Source: Raillietiella orientalis
Lineage: Eukaryota
Direction of reading: 5' to 3'
Assembly: GCA_036172245.1 (NCBI GenBank)
Contig: JAYWIR010000028.1
Span: 2,108,001-2,172,000 of the forward strand
Length of the DNA: 64,000 nucleotides
Shown here: piece after piece, positions 48,701-61,879 of the stretch
How the letters are laid out: every line of letters starts with the position of its first letter
Position numbering within the stretch: the stretch's first letter is position 1
The notes under the pieces: model-generated
Told to the model about the DNA's origin: nothing
Database searches by the model: none
Seen by the model: the letters and a program-made list of their open reading frames with translations, nothing else
Made by a program: the position numbers and the translations under genes

Positions 48701-49813
48701 CTAAATTACGTATTTATGTCTTCGAAACCGGGGAGACGGGGAACTATCTCGGACGTGGGGTCCAGGCGTGAGGCAGGTTCCCCTGCTGCAACAATAGGGA
48801 ACTCTGACCGTTTGTCCTCATGTTTACGTGATCACCGCCGTGAAGAAACACCAAGCATTCGTTTTTGTTCCTTCCCCCTCCCCCCTCCCTCCACTTTCAG
48901 AGCGACTCCTTCCTTGAAGAATTGCTTTTCTTCATTGGTGTGCGTCGGAACGAGGTTCCAGCGGTCGGCTTTTCCATTTGCGCTCTGGAACCCCGGTCGA
49001 ACGTTTCAGGCGCACCCGGCGGTTCGCAGTAGGAACGGAAGGCCAGGGGGCGACCAGGGGTCCGGAGATGAGTGTCTTTCTCGAAACCTCGGTCAGTATG
49101 GAGTTTGCAGGCTCGGCATCAGGAAGCTGGAAGGCAGAAAGGGAATGGGATGAGAGCACCTACCGAGTGGCAGGAGGCAGCGAGGAGCGAAAGACGTGTC
49201 AACCGCGAGCGAAACGCCAGTGGACGCCAGTGGAGCCACGTTGACCACAATGGAAGCCACTGCAATGTGGAAACCTTGAATTTCAGAGTTCAGCTTCATC
49301 CATTCAGAACAACGAAACAATCCGTGATTATCGATATGAAGACAGACAGACAGCAATCCCCTGCTCCAGGAAATTTCTCCCCTTTGCCTGGGACACCTCC
49401 CGGTGCACTATGCTATGACTTTCCCAGTCTGAAACGAGAGAGACGGGAGATTCGTGCCTGACGGTTTCACCATTCGAACGACTCCTCCCAACAAATCCGC
49501 AACGAAAATCCCGTTTCAACAGGAAATGACGTTCATGGATCCAAATTGACCACAGCGCGTCCCACTTCATCCATTCCTCCCCATGCTGCACCTTCGTTTG
49601 CACTTTCGGTTGCCCTTTTATAAAGAAAATCAATCACTCCTGGATAATCAAAACAACGATATGATAATCAAGCCAGTTTCCCTTTGAGGTTCCCTTCCGG
49701 TTGTGAAAATGGAGCCTTCCTCCCCCTGGAGGCGTGTTTTCCTTCATGGCGTGTCATGGAACTGGCTGATGCCTCTCAAGAGCACAAGAAGAGCTCCTGA
49801 GAGACATCAAACG

Positions 49814-49935
49814 GTTCTCCGGAAGAAACCCGGAAAGGATTTGCTCTTGAAATTTCTTCTCCAGAGAGAAAACCCACCTGCAAGGGATCCGCTTCTTGTT
49901 TACTCCTCTGAAGAGAATCCTGGAGGGACGCCTCC
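49814..49935 (-). mobile_element. Fragment (units 3-5) of the same SINE-like internal repeat array
   Basis: Aligns with 18037-18151 (e.g. CAAGGGATCCGCTTCTTGTTTACTCCTCTGAAGAGAATCC vs CAAGGGAACCGCTCCTGTTCACTCCTCTGAAGAGAACCC). Confidence 0.75.
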
Positions 49936-50019
49936 CGATTCCTCTGAAAGGTTGCTCCCTAAAGAAAGCAGTACATTCAGAATTCCTGTCCTGCGCTCTG
50001 TAACAAGGAGTAGCTCTTT

Positions 50020-51410
50020 AGGCAGCAGAAGGCTGTGAAGACCCTGCAGCTCTCTCAAGGCGGCGGTGAAGTCCTTGTAGGGCATGGGTGCGTCACGCTC
50101 CTGCTCCTGGAACAGCGTTTGCAATTCTAGGACGATCAGAAACACACGCAAGGAGAAAGCAACACGGATACATGCTGCATCTTTTCGTGTGCCTCTCTCG
50201 TCTTACGAGGTGTTTGAACCTTTTTCAAAGGGGTCGCCACACGTCCAAGCGAACGAGTGGAGTTCCCGTACACGTTTCTCCGGTCACACCCACATTGGGT
50301 GACAAGCAGGTGGAATGGAGGAGAACACGCCTGTCCTCGCAGCCTGCTCCTGTCTCCTTGACGGGGTTGTGGTTCCTCGGGGAGCTTCTATTATGCACTC
50401 CGCAGTATTCGGTACTGGAGCGGAACTGTTCCTTCGCTGGTATTCTCTTCCCGTCTCTTCGGAACCTCAAGCTGCCTCACTGCTCTTCTGTTCGTCAGAT
50501 TCCAAGATACCGAGAAACCTACGGCGAACGATCTTGCTACTCAGGGCGCTCCTCTTGAGGATCAAGTGGTAAGCTGATCCTCTGCATGTGCTGGCTCCTT
50601 CTTTTCCTGTGCCCCTTCTAACCCCGTTGCGGGGTGCTCCCAGAAGAGGAGACGTCCCTCTCCCTGGTGCAATACATCTCCACTTCAGCCTTATATCCAT
50701 TCCGGGGATGAAGTGACTGGAGGTCTTCGCTTCTGCTGCAGTCCAGCCCTCTTTGATCTGGGTAGTCATCTCTTCGTGTCTCCGTATAATCTTGGTTTGG
50801 TTGCTAACTCATCTGTGGAGGATGTGACCTAATAATTCTTCCTATTTTCTTCAGGAGTCCTCTCAGCCAGGCAGGTGGCCTTCAGGTGCAACACCATTCT
50901 CTTTCCGATATGCTCCTTCCATCACCTGAAGACCTTCGGTTTCCTTAAGACTCCGTCGTTTTTCGTCGCTGAGCTCTCGTAGGCTCAGTCCAAGTCAGAG
51001 GTAGGTGAGTTGCCTCCGCACTGGAGCACCAGGTCTGGATTCCCCTTGTCCATTCCTGAAATAGGTCATTTGCTCCGTGCTTGTGAAACGGATGCACGGC
51101 TGAAGAGTCCTATCGTGAGTCTCCGCCATCCAGAATGGCTCTCCGGCAGGCGTTCCGCAATCACTGCCTTCTGTTCCCCGGCGGTCCAGCTGATCACTTC
51201 TCTCGTTTCCTCGTGGAGTAAATCCAAGTTCAAAGATCCTGGAGAGCTTAAGAGCTCGGTAGCTGCGGACCAGCATGGGGTGGGACCTGCGGCCGCCCTG
51301 CAGTGGTCCTGCCTAGAGCTCCATCCCGACTCCTCAACGCACCTCGCCTTGCAAGGCCATTCTCCGACCACATGGCCGTTGTCATAGATGAACCCAGTCC
51401 ACGGCATCCT
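50020..51410 (-). mobile_element. Possible FLYWCH-MULE relic
   Basis: GFIYDNG...WPCKARC (~51395-51340), GDPF (cf. DGTF), YPCCFLL, YKDF..AL. Confidence 0.3.
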
Positions 51411-51899
51411 CGAGAATCTTCCCGGGTGTAGGTAGAGCGCAGGCGGCGTGCGGAACGGAGACTGCTCGCCACTACCCGGTTCATCTTCCGCTTTCGGACG
51501 TTCCTCCGAAAGCCCCTGTTCGGGTTTATGGGGCTTCTGCGCTCCTTTTACGGTTCTCAGGAATCCACAAGCAGATGTCCACTTGCACGTATGCCATGGG
51601 CTGAATCGATTCGTACGGTGGGGAAGATCATGTCGCAGATAAGAGACGGAAAGCAGCGAGAGGTTTCGCTCGAGGGCAGCTCTGGCGTTCCTATGGGTCG
51701 GGATGCCTCAGCCATCCTCGCTGCCATCCTCGATCCAACTTCTTTCCGTAGTCGGAGCGCCAACTGTGCATGGCTCCTTGCACGGTTGACCCAAGAGAAA
51801 GGTCTTCCACCCCGCCTGCCTTCTTTATGGGCGGTCGAAAATACGTGGCGGCTTGAGTTTTCTAAAGCGCAGCTCCTCGGCAGCTTCTGAAATCATCAC

Positions 51900-52500
51900 C
51901 GAATTAAAAGAGGCAAAAAATGGGGCGAAAAGACATTTTCGAGCGAGGAACGATCTGTGGGAACAAAGCTGATGAGGGAGCCCAGTGTCCTCTCAGAAGC
52001 GGAATCTTTGCTGGTACCCCCCTTCTCTTCGCGGTTTCCTGCAAGCTCTCCCAACCTCTCCAAGAAGTTGCCCAGCACCTTTCGGTTATCTTCAAAAACG
52101 CTCGGTGTTTGTTCGAGAATACTGGAGGAAGAAGGAGATGGGGACGGAAAGCAGAGAGATCTGGGAATCAGTTTCCAGAATGAGATCACCTGTTCCTGGG
52201 AACCCACGCAAGACCTTCTTTGGAAGAAGGGTTGCGGCACGTCTCGTTTGTTGGAGACCCTCAAAGGCGGGAGAGGTGAGGCGGAGAAGAGCTTCACAGT
52301 ACGTTTGTGCCTCGGTGCTACGTCTTGGAGGCGGATGCCAGCAGCGGGCGCTGTTGGTTCCCTGGCGCCACGAACTGCACTCTCTTCCCTCGATTCGAGA
52401 GCAGACCTTTTCCCATCTCGGAGTGCGGTTCGGGCTCCGCCTGAGAACCTCTCTCCTCCTGCACGTCTGTTGCTGACGCCTCGGTCGCGCGCACACCTAC
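51900..52500 (-). mobile_element. THAP domain plus possible Harbinger/ISL2EU-type HTH relic
   Basis: RWEKVCSR....SSWRQGTNSARCWHP (THAP-like), then ETAKRRGV....W (cf. DLA.RFGV...W). Confidence 0.35.
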
Positions 52501-53249
52501 CGTTGCTAATAACGGGTTCGTCAAGAAACGAAATTTCGGTTCCCCGCGTTCTTCCTCCTCTTGTTGGTTCGACTAATTGGACAAAATAAATAGCTTGGCA
52601 GGGGCAGAGATTTATGGCGTTTAAAACAAACTCGGGGCAAAGATTAAGCAGCGCCTGCGGGCGAACATGGTTCTGATAAAGCAACGACTGTAATCACACT
52701 TACAGGAACTCTGGCAGCGTGTAATTTACTTGCGTTACGTCACATCGACGTTGGTAATTGATTACCTCTAAAGACTGTTATCGAAAGCTATTGGGAGCCA
52801 CTCTTCTGGAAAAGCTACACAAAGTCATTAGTAGGTCCCATTACTTGCGATTAGCTCGACCAACATGTCCTTAATTATCTCCGAGGTATGAGTTTCTCGT
52901 TCCCGGCAGATCGTAATCAGCACCACGGAGGATTTATACAATGGGACAAAGCTGCAGCTTCGAAATTTACTGCTGCAACTGTGCGAGGAGGAGAGACCGA
53001 TTCGACCAAGCGTTTAGGGGTTTCCCGTAGGAGTCATGGCAATCTCGCGCCGTCGGGGGGATGCCTTCACGAAGCGCGCGCGAGCACAATCTCCCAAACT
53101 TCTGACGAAGTGGCGCTCTCCTACAGGCGCGTCGGCTCCAGAATTGTTCTTCGGCGGCCATCGGCGTCGGGGAGGCAGCGAGTCCTTGCGAACCGCCTCG
53201 AAGAGACTTCTGAGGCGAGCCATCTCCTGACTCACGGTGCTATGGAAAC

Positions 53250-54340
53250 GGGTGGCTGCCGGCGGTCAGAACGAGGAGCGGTGTTCTCAGCTCGTCCATC
53301 GCATCTCCCTAGGCTGTTCTTTCCTTCTTCCCTTTGGTTTCTTCACGCTTTGCATTCTTTGCGTGGATCTCGGCCAGAAAGGGGAAAGGGTGGTCAGGCG
53401 GTCCGGATTCAGAACTTCAGCTGCTAACCCGAGAACCTGCAGGGGCTGGGACACCAAGCTCGAAAGGAGCGGCGGAAGGTTAAAGCTGCCCGCAAGAGAT
53501 GCAAAGCTCGCAGCAAACGCCGAAGACCGTTTGCACGTAATGGGAGAAGGTTGCTCTCATGGAAGGAGGGCGTGGTTGCGGGAAAGCGCTTGGTTCTGGG
53601 AGGCGGCAGCATTCCGTTTTAGACGGTTCGATCTCCGAGAGCGCACGTCCAAGAAATGGCATCGAAACATCAAAAGTGGCTCCGCGGTGAGTTGCAGGGA
53701 ATACGGAGACCAGAATGCGGTTGGCAGCGCTCTGGTTAGCGTGAACCGTCGTCGTAGGCGGAGCGCACTTACTATGAGCAGATGTCCTCCTTCAAGCTGT
53801 CCACCCGCTCGGAAGAACAGTCAGTTCTTACTGAGGAGGAACTTCCTCCTGAGGAACAACAAATCTCCATCCTTAGAGCAATACTTTTGAATCTTCAAGA
53901 TTTTCCAAGGGAGTGCAGTCCTCACCTGAGAAGCGACGTTTCGGAGTAAGAAGAGATGCGGCCAGTCGTCTTCATGGGTGCCGGAGTTAAACGCACTCCC
54001 CTCGTGTCCGAAGTAAAAGAACTGCTGCTCCGTGACGTCGGTTCCTCCGTCGTTTCTTGCGAGCTCCGGCGGGTGATCTCAGTACCAGCCTCTCACCACC
54101 TCGTCACGCCAACTACCCACCAAGAAGTCTGCGTGCATTTAGGTAACCTCAGGAGCAAGAAAGCGCCACGATGGATCAGAGAGAACCCACTTCGGTTCTG
54201 GCGCTTAGACTTTTCGCCGTCGTTTCCTGAGCGTCCGGCAGCGTCCCCCTTTGTTCAGTGTATTTATTTTCCCCTTTCTCCACCCAGGCTGGAACGAACG
54301 GAGTCCGCCAATTGAATTTATGATCCAGTGAGGAATAAAG
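53250..54340 (+). mobile_element. Degenerate R2-like non-LTR C-terminal region and 3' UTR
   Basis: LLPF...GQKG (cf. LP...GGLG), GEG...AW...FW...F...LR, CREYG (53693-53707; decayed CCHC), PVVFMGAG (cf. P.V.GARG), AATAAA at 54334. Confidence 0.45.
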
Positions 54341-55029
54341 CCTCGGCACAGAGGCACATTTTCCCGCTGCTAATTGAGAAAATCAGAGAATGGAGTGTTC
54401 CTTCAAGTTTCGGAAAATACTCCAAGAACAGCGTGGGTCCCTCGCTGGCGTGCGCCAGATGCCAGTCAAGGAAGGTTCGAAAACGAGCGAAGTTCAAATC
54501 TGCCGATGTCCTTTTGACACGAGCTGACACTCGAGCATCGAACATCCTCCGTTTCCCACGAGGATCATGATGATCCCGTTTTTTTTTTTGAGATTCGAAA
54601 AATTCTTTAATGCTGAGCAAGAAGAACCTCGCCTGAAACCATGCGGCTCACACGGGGTGGATGGCTGAAAACTGAAATGATTCAAAGTTAGCTTTTTTTT
54701 TTTTTTTTTTTTTTCAGGGGGAGGGGAGGGAGTGAGCCGGGGAAAGTGGGGTGGGGTGGAAATTGCCATTTAAAGTTTTCCTCTTGAACAAGCAAGCAAC
54801 ACGAAAAGGATTAAGGCAAGTGTTTTCCTAGGTCCGAAGTATACAAACGCCACCTTTCTCCCGTTTCAGTATCTCGTAAAACCATTTCTTTTATGCAAAT
54901 AGGGCAGTAGAATAATAGACTCGAGGAATTTCCTATAGGCACTTGAAGCCCCCAGAGATTAGATCCCTGCTTTCACTTTCCCTCAAAGGTAAATTTTTAT
55001 CCTTAAAAAGACGTCATCTCTTTCAGGAC

Positions 55030-55330
55030 ATGGCATCGGATGAATGCTCGCAGCTCATAATCTACGCTGTGCTCAATGCAGGAAACGAAAATTCGTCCTG
55101 GAGTCTGTGCTGCGGTAGCGCTCAATTCAGGATTGCCGCATTCGCGACTGGAGCCACCCAGCTCAACTCTTTCATTAAGTGTGTGCCTTTAAGCATTTGA
55201 TGAGAATTTATTGAATGCAATCCTGAGGTCTCAAGTCCTGGCGAAAATGTGAACGGGACCCAAGTTCCCAAGATAAATACAACGTGTGGATCTCTCTCTG
55301 CTGCCCTGGACCGTTTCGGAGGACAGAGGT
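55030..55330 (+). mobile_element. hAT transposase fragment
   Basis: LAAHNL (cf. C.AH.LNL) and TTCGSLSAALDRF (cf. TRW.S...ML.RF). Confidence 0.4.
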
Positions 55331-55879
55331 CCCTGTTCACCTTTGCGAAAGGCGGATGTTCTGAGCAGATGTGTAGAAAAGGAGAACAACAAAAACTAGA
55401 GAGAATGTAGAATCTGTGGGTGAGAGGTAGAGATCAAAACAGCAACCGTTGGGATGCTCTGAACGAGGGATGGCGAACGGGATGCCATAGGGACTCGCTG
55501 AAGCTCCAGAATCCCCACGAGTATCAAATGCCAAGATCCATAAGTCCATAAGTTGCATCGTCCTGTGAGGAGACTGCCGATCAGAACTTCACGCTCACTT
55601 CCTCATATGTTGGAAAACGGATGGAAACAAAGATGTCTTGAGAACCTCATCATATAATACAAAAATTCTCTTATATGATTCCTTGATGCCTAAGACAAGG
55701 AAGGAAGAACGGAAGAGGAAGGAGGGAGGAAGGAAGAACGGAGGGACAGGAAGAGGAGAAGGAGAAGAAGAGGAAGTTCTGCATCCACTGCTCCCACTCT
55801 CTCAATGTACATACTTCAGCACAGATGTGCTGTGACCATTAGCACTAGAAAGCAACCCGCGAACCAACGAAGAGTGGAA

Positions 55880-56650
55880 TGAGAGTACACCCCTCAACAA
55901 GCATGCGAGATCAACGCAGAAAGATGAAAGGCGGCCATACTTTCGAAGCGCAAACGCGGGTGCCGATTCGCCTGCCGAGCGGAAGACCAAGGCTCCAGGA
56001 AGAAACACCAATCTGCGATCTCACCCGAACGGGAGAGAGAGGCAGGAGGCAGGAGGAAACGGGAGGATTTGCACTTCGAAGAACAACGCCGAAGCATCTC
56101 GTGGGCTGCCGAGGCAGATCCGGGAACCGTGACGACTTAGAACGCGGTAAGCAGCCAGGCGCTTCGACTGAAGTCATCTCCACTCCGAAAGTGGAAGCGA
56201 GAAGAAGTGGGTGGATGAAATCTTCGACCGAGGAGAATCTTGAGCAGGCAGAGAGTCATAATGGAAAAGAAGAGTGCCCTGGATAGCAACTCTTTGCGGA
56301 GAGAATTCGTAGGTTCTTGTTTTGACAGGGAATTCAATGGACATGAAAAATGAGTGGCTGGAGGTGCAGCTCTTGGCGACATGGGAAGCAGTAAAATATG
56401 AGTCAGCACACGGAAGGATGCCTCTGTGTGCAGGTCGATTGAAACGGGCTGATCGCTCCCTATCAGATGCAGTCGAACGATCGAAGAGAGATAAATTAGC
56501 CGCTCAGCAAGGGAATTGGAGGCCTCGCGCTCTGGACTCGCGGATGGGATGGCTCCCACAAAGGGTTCCTGTTCAAGAGAACGAGCAAAGATCAACAGTA
56601 AGGCAAGCATTTCGACGGCTCCATTCTCACATCATGAGTGTCCCAAGGGT
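55880..56650 (+). mobile_element. Possible piggyBac relic
   Basis: DQRRKMKGGHTFEAQ..VP (cf. DE.M..FKGR..FKQY.P) and GRLKRADRSLS (cf. GGVD.AD..LS). Confidence 0.25.
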
Positions 56651-59600
56651 CCAAGTGGAGTTTAAAAATCAAAAATTCATCTCTGGAACGAAAAATTCGT
56701 TCCTCTCTTTCCGTTCCCTTCCTTCCTCAGAAACGCTCTTGCGTTTCTTAATTTGGGGCTGACTACTTTGGGCGGTAAGTCTACTGAACTTCTCAACCGA
56801 AGTCTCCCGGAAATTCCGCTTGTTTTCGTCCTCTCTTCCCAACTTCCGAATTCTTTTGGAAGAACTCTTCCGCGCCCTTCCCTGTGTTGCCTCACTCTTT
56901 TCCCGCCTATTCCCTTTCACGATCCGAAAACTATGTATGCCGAGGGCTTTTCTGCGACCCTAGGAAACGTAGGCGGGAGTTCACCCTAAAGCGTGCGGAT
57001 TTTCATCTCGCAATTCCAGAGCTCCCGTCTGAAATGGAATTTTCGCCTTTTTTCCTCTTCGGCAAGGCAAACAAAGGTCCCTTCTTTTAAACACGGCTGC
57101 CCCTTTTCTCCTCGGTGTTCGCGAAATGGTTTTCAAGATTGCGTGGACACGGGTCCTCTGGTGTTCTTGTCCGACGTGCTGCGGAGATGCACAAGCGGAA
57201 TCACACTCCGACTTGCCTCTCTAGAGATTGCCGCGGTCCTTTCATGCTTTGGCTGGGGCGTTCATTTTGCCCTGCTTTTCGATGACCCCTGCCGTGCTGG
57301 TGCGAAGAACACCTTCCTTCGTCTTCGCCCTTATTTTCACCCCATCAATCTGCCCTTGTTTTCACGCCGTCTCACGATTTTTTTTCTCCAGAACTTCGGA
57401 GCACTCTTTGTCTCGACTTGCATTTTTGGTTTCGAGTCTCAGAACACTGCAATCGATGCTCCTCTTTTTCGCACTAACAAGCGTTCCCCGGGCGGATTGT
57501 AACTGGGATGCTGATCCCATCTGGAGAAGTGCGTGAAATTTAAAAGACGTCTCTGAAGTCTCGAGAGCTCAGCCATCAGATACGAATGATTGGGAAACAT
57601 CAATGTGAATGCACGAGGAATCAAAGAACGTGATGCTCACAGCCTTCATCATACATGAAAAGAACACACGTAAGAATTGGAGCGGCGTGCAGAAGCTGTT
57701 GCATCAGCACCAAGAAGAAGTTGTCGCATAGCTACTGGCCTGCATGTGTTAGACTCCTCCCATGGCTCGGATCCCAAACCTCGGTGTGTCGCCAAGGGTG
57801 AGTCCACCGAATGAAGGAAGACTAAAGGGGAATATTTTCTTCGCTCATGCGCTCAATCAGGCGAGCGTTGTCTAACGATGCGAAAACACCGATCGCAGTG
57901 ATCCCTGATCGTGGCAACATCATTCTCATGGACCAACTATGTCGGTCTTTAGCGACCGTCGGCTCTCTCGACAATGCAGGCTGTTGTGAATTGCTGCATT
58001 AATTCCGACTCTCATCATTGGATGGCATCTCCAGCTGCTGATCCATACGCCTGTGGGCACATCCGTCGTTGTACTTTTTCCCGGGCAGAGGGTCCGAGAG
58101 ACTGCCTCGGTAAATTCGTTCCCGGAGAGACCAGTGATTTTTCTCAGAGAACATCCAGATTTCATTTAACGTCTCAGTTTCTTCATCATACGGCCTTAGC
58201 AGAAAGGGAAGAAACCTAATTTTCCAGGGGAAGAAAATTTTTCATGCTTTCGTCGTCCTCTTGTCTCACTTGTCTAATTTTCCAATATTTCACTCACTGT
58301 TTCTGTAGTGGTATTTGCTCTTTCTTCTATTGATTTCTGTTTCGTTCCTTTAGCGATGCGCAAAATCATCTTTTGGGTTTTCAAATGTGGCTTCAAGAGG
58401 CCTCAGAGGTTAGGAAGATGCTGCCAGCTGACTGCACCCATGAACTTAGAAGATTGTTCTTTATGGCGTTGCTCCAGGGGTTCATGGCAGCATTTTTGGA
58501 AAGCTACAGGATTCATCAATCGTGTTTGAATCTGTGTCTTGAGAAAACACTTCAGAACTTAAGACCAACGGAACAAGAAACACTTGGCAAAAAAAAAAAA
58601 AATTCTTGAGAAACTAAAGACTGTCGTTTGCGTACAAATATAAACAGCACGTGCTGCAAACTGTACAGACAAGAGGATGGATGGTCGATCTTTGCCTGGG
58701 TGGTGCTTTCAAGGCTCGAAACCACTCATTTCGCGCTCAACCATGCTCTTGGAGAGGTTCCGAGATTGGAGACCGACGTCTTAGGAATTTCCCCTCGTAG
58801 CCAAAGCAGGTGCCAGAAATGTGCATCGGAGAGGTTGAAGGACTCTACCAAAGGCGGCTTTCGTATTCGAATGGAAACTTCCTGACAACAAGAGCTCTTG
58901 AGGATGCACGAAAAATTCGAGAGAAGAAAAGATCTAGAGTGCTTTCGTGACTGAAACAGTGGCCAAATCCAATGAGACTTCTCGGAGGATTGGACTTTCC
59001 AGAGCTCTTCGGTGCACTGAAAAACTTTAGATATCTGAATTTCAAACCTCCCTAGTTGTTCTCTATTCAGAAACCTCATCTCCGTCTAGGGAACCCAGGC
59101 CCCTATTCGGTTACCTGGTGCCCTTCACTCTCCTTTTTCTAGAAATCACGTATCCAATCATTTATTTCTAGAAAAGATTTATTGTGCTTTTTGTCTCCTA
59201 AACTCATTGCCGTCATCATTCTGGAAATGTTGTTTCCCGTGCTTGATCCACTTTATCGTAAGTTCGGTCATCAAATTTGGATAATCTCGATTTCTTTCAA
59301 GATGCCGACGGCACTCAGAATAAAGTGAAAGGATTTGATTAAATCTTTGGGCCGAGTTTCCATTCCCTTTTTTAAATACGTCAACGCTGGTGATTACATC
59401 CTTATCTGTTACTTGCTTACTTCTCTCGTCTGGTTGCTACCACCGATTATTGCCGTATATGGCCTTTGGTGCTGGGAATACGTTCACCTCATCCGATGTC
59501 ACGTTCTTGCCTCTGTCTATTGGGTTACCTATCTACAGATATGCAAAATGTTCATTCCCCTCTGATTCTCTGATGATTTTGAAATGTTCCTGGAAGTTCT

Positions 59601-60379
59601 TCTTTCCCCATCTAGAGGTCTAGGAATGGAACTCTGCTCTGCCTACCTGGAAGTCTTTATTTCATCTATCTGGGAAGCCTGGTTCCAGCTTCATACGGAT
59701 TCGACGCTTTGGAATGACTACTCTTTCAAAGGTCACAAATCCATAGTCATTATGACGGTTTTAAGTCACTGTAAGCTTTCTTTTCGTCACGCTTCAACGA
59801 AAATTGTGGAATTTCTTGTTGCCGGTGCTTCTTGTACAGCATTTGTGAATCGCCATTTTCTTTTGTTGTGCCTTTTCGTTTTGCTCTTTACTTCAGCTCA
59901 TCTCTTCCAGAGAATTCAAGGAGCCATCTTGCCTGACACGCATTCACCAAGCTTTCCACGTTGCTTTCGCATCCGGCTGATTGTCTTCCGTGAATCCTCT
60001 TCGACGCTGCTAATGATGACGCCCACTAATCCTGACTAGCAGCCGTGGAAACCATTTCTTCCTCCTCCATTCCGATGCCCGATGTTCTGGTGGGATCAGT
60101 ACGTCGAGCTTGCATTTTCAAGAATGCCGGAGCATCTCTTGGGAACCTGCAAGACAGCTCTCTGGAACACGACAGTAGTCATTTGCTGATCTCAGCGGAT
60201 TAGAGGCGCGTCCGCCGAAAAATTCGAGCGCTGCGATCATTTCGCTCGACGGGAAAATTTCCATCTTCGATTCAGATCATCTTGACTCACACGGAGCAAG
60301 GACTCCCGCGACCGGCGCTGCTCCCTTTCCATTGCAAAATTCTTCCATCTCGACGTGATGCTGGATGCGCTGGCAGGCT

Positions 60380-60710
60380 CTGATGAATCGCAAATGCGGA
60401 GCTGCATGGGAATTTCCCAGTCTGCGTAGCTCATGCTCTGGAAACGTTATGCACCGCTGAGGAATGGGAAACGCGGGGTGGCACCACCTTGGCAGCCCCA
60501 GCCACACCGTGGCTCCAGCACACGAGTGGAATGCGCCTCGTTGCTTGTCGCGCAATCAGCGTGTGGTTCACGTGGGCTGAACCACCTCGATTTTTTGCTT
60601 CCGTGAGTTCGCCTTGGTACGTCCTGCAGCCCAGCTTTCGAAAGATTTCCGAAGCAATGGATATCCTCCCCGTGTCTAAGATACGTTTCGGAGGAGCCAC
60701 TTGCCCCGTA
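60380..60710 (-). mobile_element. Degenerate rve integrase (Gypsy/Ginger-like)
   Basis: PKRILDTG..IASEIFRKLG...GGSAHVNHTL (cf. P..I.SD.G..F.S..F...G...NG..ER.N.TL), then W.GLP...FPEHEL. Confidence 0.45.
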
Positions 60711-61140
60711 CGATCTCCAAGCCTTCATAAAGTCCCTCCTCGCTTGCATTAAAATGCAGACTCCATTCTTTGCAGATCGCACACTTCGCAATTCAATTGC
60801 TCATTCCATTCAGTCTCGGAAGGATCTTTCCACCGAATACAAACACGAACGTGTAGTTCAGGGGAAACATCGATCTTTCCACCATGGCGTTTCGTAGCTC
60901 TTAAATTGGCTGCCAAGTTTACTTTTATGGAATGTCCTTTAAACTTCGAACATGTTCACCAAGTTTCAGGAATTTAATGCAACTGCAAGAGCTGACGAAA
61001 TAGACTTCGGTGTCGCATTCCAGCGTCCTTTGCTTTTACACAGTTGCTTTGATTACCTACACGTTCCCTTGTCATTGGGAACACAAAGAACATGAAACCT
61101 CTTTGTAGAATTAGGGTCATTTCTGTTGAGACTATTAGAT

Positions 61141-61143
<3 letters not shown>

Positions 61144-61170
<27 letters not shown>
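61144..61170. repeat. T27 homopolymer
   Basis: Read directly. Confidence 0.95.
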
Positions 61171-61172
<2 letters not shown>

Positions 61173-61879
61173 GTGAATTCTTATGAGCTGACACCTAAAT
61201 GGGCACTGTCTGATCAACATCTTCTACGATAAGTCATATCGCGCTTCCATTCACCATTTCTGTCTTCTGTCTTGATCCTGGAAACTCATTTCGCCATGAC
61301 TTTGAGACAGTCTAACTGTCTGGGCATAATAGGCGTGTTTGGTCCACTTCAAGGTCGGCAGATATTTCTCACACCCTGATACATCTGTCAGCTTGCATCA
61401 TTTCATACACGGGGGCTTTGTTTGTCTCGGTCACTGCAACCCAAGACGTCCACCCACTGCGAATCATTTCTTTAAATTGTCCGTCTTTTAGAGCTTTTTT
61501 TTTCCTATTCGCAGATCATTTTTTATCCCGTTTGCGAGCTCAGATACAAAGAAGGCTTCCAGGTTTTTTTTTTTTTTTTTTTCCGGGAAGGCACACATTC
61601 CTCCGATTGTTTTTGGATTCATTTTCCGAATTAACGAAAGGAGTTTTATAGAAGCTGAGCGCGATTTCGAGAATTTCCTGCAAGAGGATTCCAACAGGGG
61701 GTAATTCTTCTTCCATCCACTCATCACGTAGATGTTCGCAACATTCCTGGCGCCATTCAGGATAAAACGAAAGGACTAGTTTCCAGGAAGTGCTGAATTT
61801 TCTTTATGATTGCTCCGGGCTGCTGACCTCTTCCCCCATCGGGACATTCGTTCTCATTCAGCTGTTGTTCTGGAAAGCA

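Noticed and set aside
57540..58200. Harbinger-like transposase relic (ITGLSGNEF)
   Set aside because: Single short motif, with no clear catalytic residues downstream.
59570..59584. Minimal hammerhead core CTGATGA-TTTT-GAAA
   Set aside because: No stem III or cleavage triplet pairing, and no stem I.
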